Source: Bdellovibrionales bacterium (GTDB lineage Bacteria; Bdellovibrionota; Bdellovibrionia; Bdellovibrionales; JAMPXM01). From it: DNA of 30,977 nucleotides. The stretch spans positions 1-30,977 of the forward strand of contig JAYUEN010000470.1 of assembly GCA_043739185.1 (NCBI GenBank), in the 5' to 3' direction. Of the stretch, positions 28,747 through 30,977 are shown in pieces. Position 1 is the first letter of the stretch; every line of letters starts with the position of its first letter. The notes below the pieces were generated by a model. That model was given only the letters and a program-made list of their open reading frames with translations, made no database searches and was not told where the DNA came from. The position numbers and the translations under genes were made by a program.

Positions 28747-30210
28747 TCAACGATTGACCGTAGCTGAACTTTTAAGTTTTTCAGCTACCCGACTTTTTGA
28801 TTTTTCTAACTGTGCAATCTCAAGTCGAGCTATTAATGACTTTTCCCAGGCGCTTCGTGCGACATTCAAGGCTTCTAAATACGTCCTATATGCTTGAGTC
28901 GTAACTGTCAGGTCAATCAATCCAATTTTCAATTGCACCCTAATAACCTCAATTAATTTTTTGGAATCAATAATAGTTTTTTTAGCCACTTCAATGCTTT
29001 CAGCAGCATGAGCCATCGTACGGTATAGCAATTTCAAATCACGGTTAAAATCAAGTATGGTTTGAAGCTCCATCTCATCAAGTAAATGACTTCTTTCAGC
29101 AGCTGATCTGATTTCTAAGTTCTTATTTTCTCCGGCAAAATTATATGAAAAACGAAATCCGATAATTCCTTGGCCACGATTGTAATTTGATGGGTTATCA
29201 GAATAAAACCCTAAACCCAAATAAGGAACTAGACTCCATTTCATTTCCTTACGCAAGAGTTCGATATTTTTCTTTTGGGCCTCCTTACGAAATTCAAAAG
29301 ATTGAATCGCCGGCAAGGATCGAACGAATTCGTCATTTATTCGATTGGGATCATTTTTTTCTAATTTTATTTCTAAGGGGTCCTGGCATTTGGCCTTTTG
29401 CCGAAGCAGACTCCTTGCGACCCAAATAGCCTTTGTCCCTACGTCAGAAAAACGGGCTTCAACATCACCTTGATCCTCAATATATTCCTGGCGCTGCTGT
29501 TCTAATTGATTCTGAACATTTTTTAACAGCAAATAATCTGGCAAAGACATGCTCTTTGACTGCAACTTGACTTCGGCTGCATGAAGAATTTCGGCCAAAA
29601 TAATACCAACCGCATCTAAATCTTGCAGACGGCAAAGCAAATTAAAATATTGAACGATATACACCTGCTTTTTCTGAATTTCTGAAAGATAATTTGATTC
29701 GGCGTCAAAATAGCTTGATCGCGCTTCACTTCTTTCGATGTCAGCACGTATGTTGAGCGGACTTCGTGAACCACCTTTCGATATGTCTTTTCCAATCGTG
29801 AACTGCCCCTGAATTGGAACAACGGAAGTGTCACTAGGCGCAATTGGCTGAAAAAAACTCGTTTCAGATTTGAATTCCAATCCATTGCGATTTAAAAAGG
29901 TCACGTTAATCATTCCGGGAATCGATTTCGCCATCGCGCGATCTGTGCTTGCGTAGGTATTGATATCTGTGTTCAGAGTCCAAGGACTTTCGTAAAGGGT
30001 AGATTGGTACCGCAAATCATTGTATCGACCCGAGCTCTGCAAAACTTCTTTTCTTTCGCCCGCTTCGATTTCAATTGAAATCTTTTTTTGAAATTCGTCA
30101 AAACTCATTGCATCTTGCGCGAATGAAGTGTGGGACGCAAAAACCAATGAGCACGAAATCAAAACTAAATCGAAAATTTTATTTTTCGCTAAGGATTGAG
30201 CAGCGTTCAT
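28747..30210 (-). CDS. TolC-family outer membrane efflux protein (divergent)
   Basis: Signal peptide ending SFA, about 490 aa. Two-fold alternation of beta strands and long helices, including PYLGLG, GFRFSYNF and a C-terminal ..KIG.ID. Adjacent to the HlyD/ABC operon. ATG at 30210 follows GGGG; the ORF track starts at 30249. Confidence 0.7.
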   Translation of the reverse strand: MNAAQSLAKNKIFDLVLISCSLVFASHTSFAQDAMSFDEFQKKISIEIEAGERKEVLQSSGRYNDLRYQSTLYESPWTLNTDINTYASTDRAMAKSIPGMINVTFLNRNGLEFKSETSFFQPIAPSDTSVVPIQGQFTIGKDISKGGSRSPLNIRADIERSEARSSYFDAESNYLSEIQKKQVYIVQYFNLLCRLQDLDAVGIILAEILHAAEVKLQSKSMSLPDYLLLKNVQNQLEQQRQEYIEDQGDVEARFSDVGTKAIWVARSLLRQKAKCQDPLEIKLEKNDPNRINDEFVRSLPAIQSFEFRKEAQKKNIELLRKEMKWSLVPYLGLGFYSDNPSNYNRGQGIIGFRFSYNFAGENKNLEIRSAAERSHLLDEMELQTILDFNRDLKLLYRTMAHAAESIEVAKKTIIDSKKLIEVIRVQLKIGLIDLTVTTQAYRTYLEALNVARSAWEKSLIARLEIAQLEKSKSRVAEKLKSSATVNR

Positions 30211-30702
30211 TTTTGCTACCCCAGATTTGTAAAATAAAATGCCGTGCACATTTCGCTTAACACTGCCCTTGATCGCACTTTAATAACGAGAAGTACCTCA
30301 GTAACTACACCACCAGAAAAGAACTGAGACAAGTCCAGTAGAACACTGAACTATTTTTCGGACCGACGCTAGTTAAAGTCTTAATCCAGTAAGTAAATGA
30401 ATATGTTTAAGCTTATAGTTATCGCCCAAAGTACCTAGAGTGAAAGCGAAATCTCTATTCAAGTCGCTTTGTAACACAAGTAAGATTGCAGTCTCCTACT
30501 GAGTAAGGCATGCGATCACTTGTGAATTCTTAATCGGCCGTCCAAACTCAACTGAGTTGTATATGTGATGCATGTTCACGTTCAGTCGAGCCGGTTCAAC
30601 GAAGGCTAAGCCAGAGGCTCCATCCGTAAGAGAACCAGCCAAAACTGGCAAAAAAACAACTAGACACACTCTTTTCTAATAGAAAGTATCTCGCCAACTT
30701 TC

Positions 30703-30733
30703 GCCCCTCTCCATTATCTGAAAGGAGAGAGGC
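30703..30733 (-). terminator. GC-rich stem-loop just downstream of the Pro-rich ORF (terminator or mRNA-stabilising hairpin)
   Basis: Minus strand GCCTCTCTCC-N11-GGAGAGGGGC forms a 10-bp stem with one G.U pair that pairs only on the minus strand. No clear U-tract. Confidence 0.55.
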
Positions 30734-30740
30734 TCGAGAC

Positions 30741-30977
30741 TTATTCTGGCCCTGGATCTGGCCCTGGATCTGGAGACGGATCCGGAGCCGGAGACGGATC
30801 CGGAGCCGGCGATGGATCCGGAGCCGGAGCCGGCGATGGATCCGCGGGACTTGGTGACGGGCTCGGCGATGGATCCGCGGGACTTGGCGACGGGCTCGGC
30901 GATGGATCCGCAGGACTTGGTGACGGGCTCGGCGATGGATCCGCGGGACTTGGCGACGGGCTCGGCGATGGATCCGC
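30741..30977 (-). CDS. 3' end of a Pro/Ser/Asp-rich repeat protein (partial; start lies beyond the window; absent from the ORF track)
   Basis: Manual translation gives (ADPSPSPSPSP)4-ADPSPAPAP-DPSPAP-DPSPAP-DPSP-DPGP-DPGP-E-stop, with TAA at 30743-30741. Differences among the 33-bp units are synonymous, and a hairpin follows the stop. Confidence 0.8.
   Translation of the reverse strand, partial: ADPSPSPSPSPADPSPSPSPSPADPSPSPSPSPADPSPSPSPSPADPSPAPAPDPSPAPDPSPAPDPSPDPGPDPGPE
30835..30977. repeat. 33-bp coding tandem repeat, at least 4.3 copies, continuing off the window
   Basis: GATGGATCCGC[GA]GGACTTGG[TC]GACGGGCTCGGC starting at 30835, 30868, 30901, 30934 and (partial) 30967. Confidence 0.95.

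Noticed and set aside
40..30260. Remaining 60-135 aa ORFs in the track
   Set aside because: Nearly all are antisense to, or nested in, longer motif-bearing genes and show no recognisable motifs. The intergenic 6418-6627 ORF has no supporting signal.
30745..30977. Plus-strand Gly-rich reading (GDGSAGLGDGL)n after an AAAGGAG that looks like an RBS
   Set aside because: There is no ATG, GTG or TTG in that frame after the TAG at 30661. The AAGGAG is part of a hairpin that pairs fully only on the minus strand. Repeat variation is synonymous in both frames, so this reading is disfavoured but not strictly excluded.
30835..30977. 33-bp repeats as a CRISPR array
   Set aside because: The units are directly adjacent with no unique spacers, the length is a multiple of 3, and no cas genes are present.

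Overview
A gene-dense, AT-rich bacterial window, most likely from a Bdellovibrionota-type predator. This is an inference from a TIGR02147-like regulator, three FQNC-signal exported proteins, Cys-rich pilin-like proteins and secreted hydrolases. The left half (1-17.8 kb) encodes a trypsin-like protease, an L,D-transpeptidase-like protein, a TIGR02147/secreted-protein pair, three paralogous prepilin-like proteins (one with (PT)30), a 1099-aa NHL-like surface protein, a PilZ protein, an SLT-like lytic transglycosylase, a 104-bp inverted-repeat element, an Hpt-HisKA kinase, a PT-linker surface protein, a PQQ-like beta-propeller and an HTTM/VKGC-like membrane protein. The right half (18-31 kb) is the most interesting part. 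It holds a complete type I export module: an HlyD adaptor, two roughly 1000-aa ABC transporters with cNMP-like and apparently catalytically dead C39-like domains, and a TolC-like channel. This module is flanked by two different Fe(II)/2OG-oxygenase-like genes and a DUF6817-like HD protein. At the window edge is an un-called minus-strand ORF end made of ADPSPSPSPSP repeats (36 Pro in 78 aa). This may be an undescribed modify-and-secrete system for a Pro/Asp-rich polypeptide. No rRNA, tRNA, CRISPR array or transposase was recognised. All family calls come from motifs read by eye, not from database searches.
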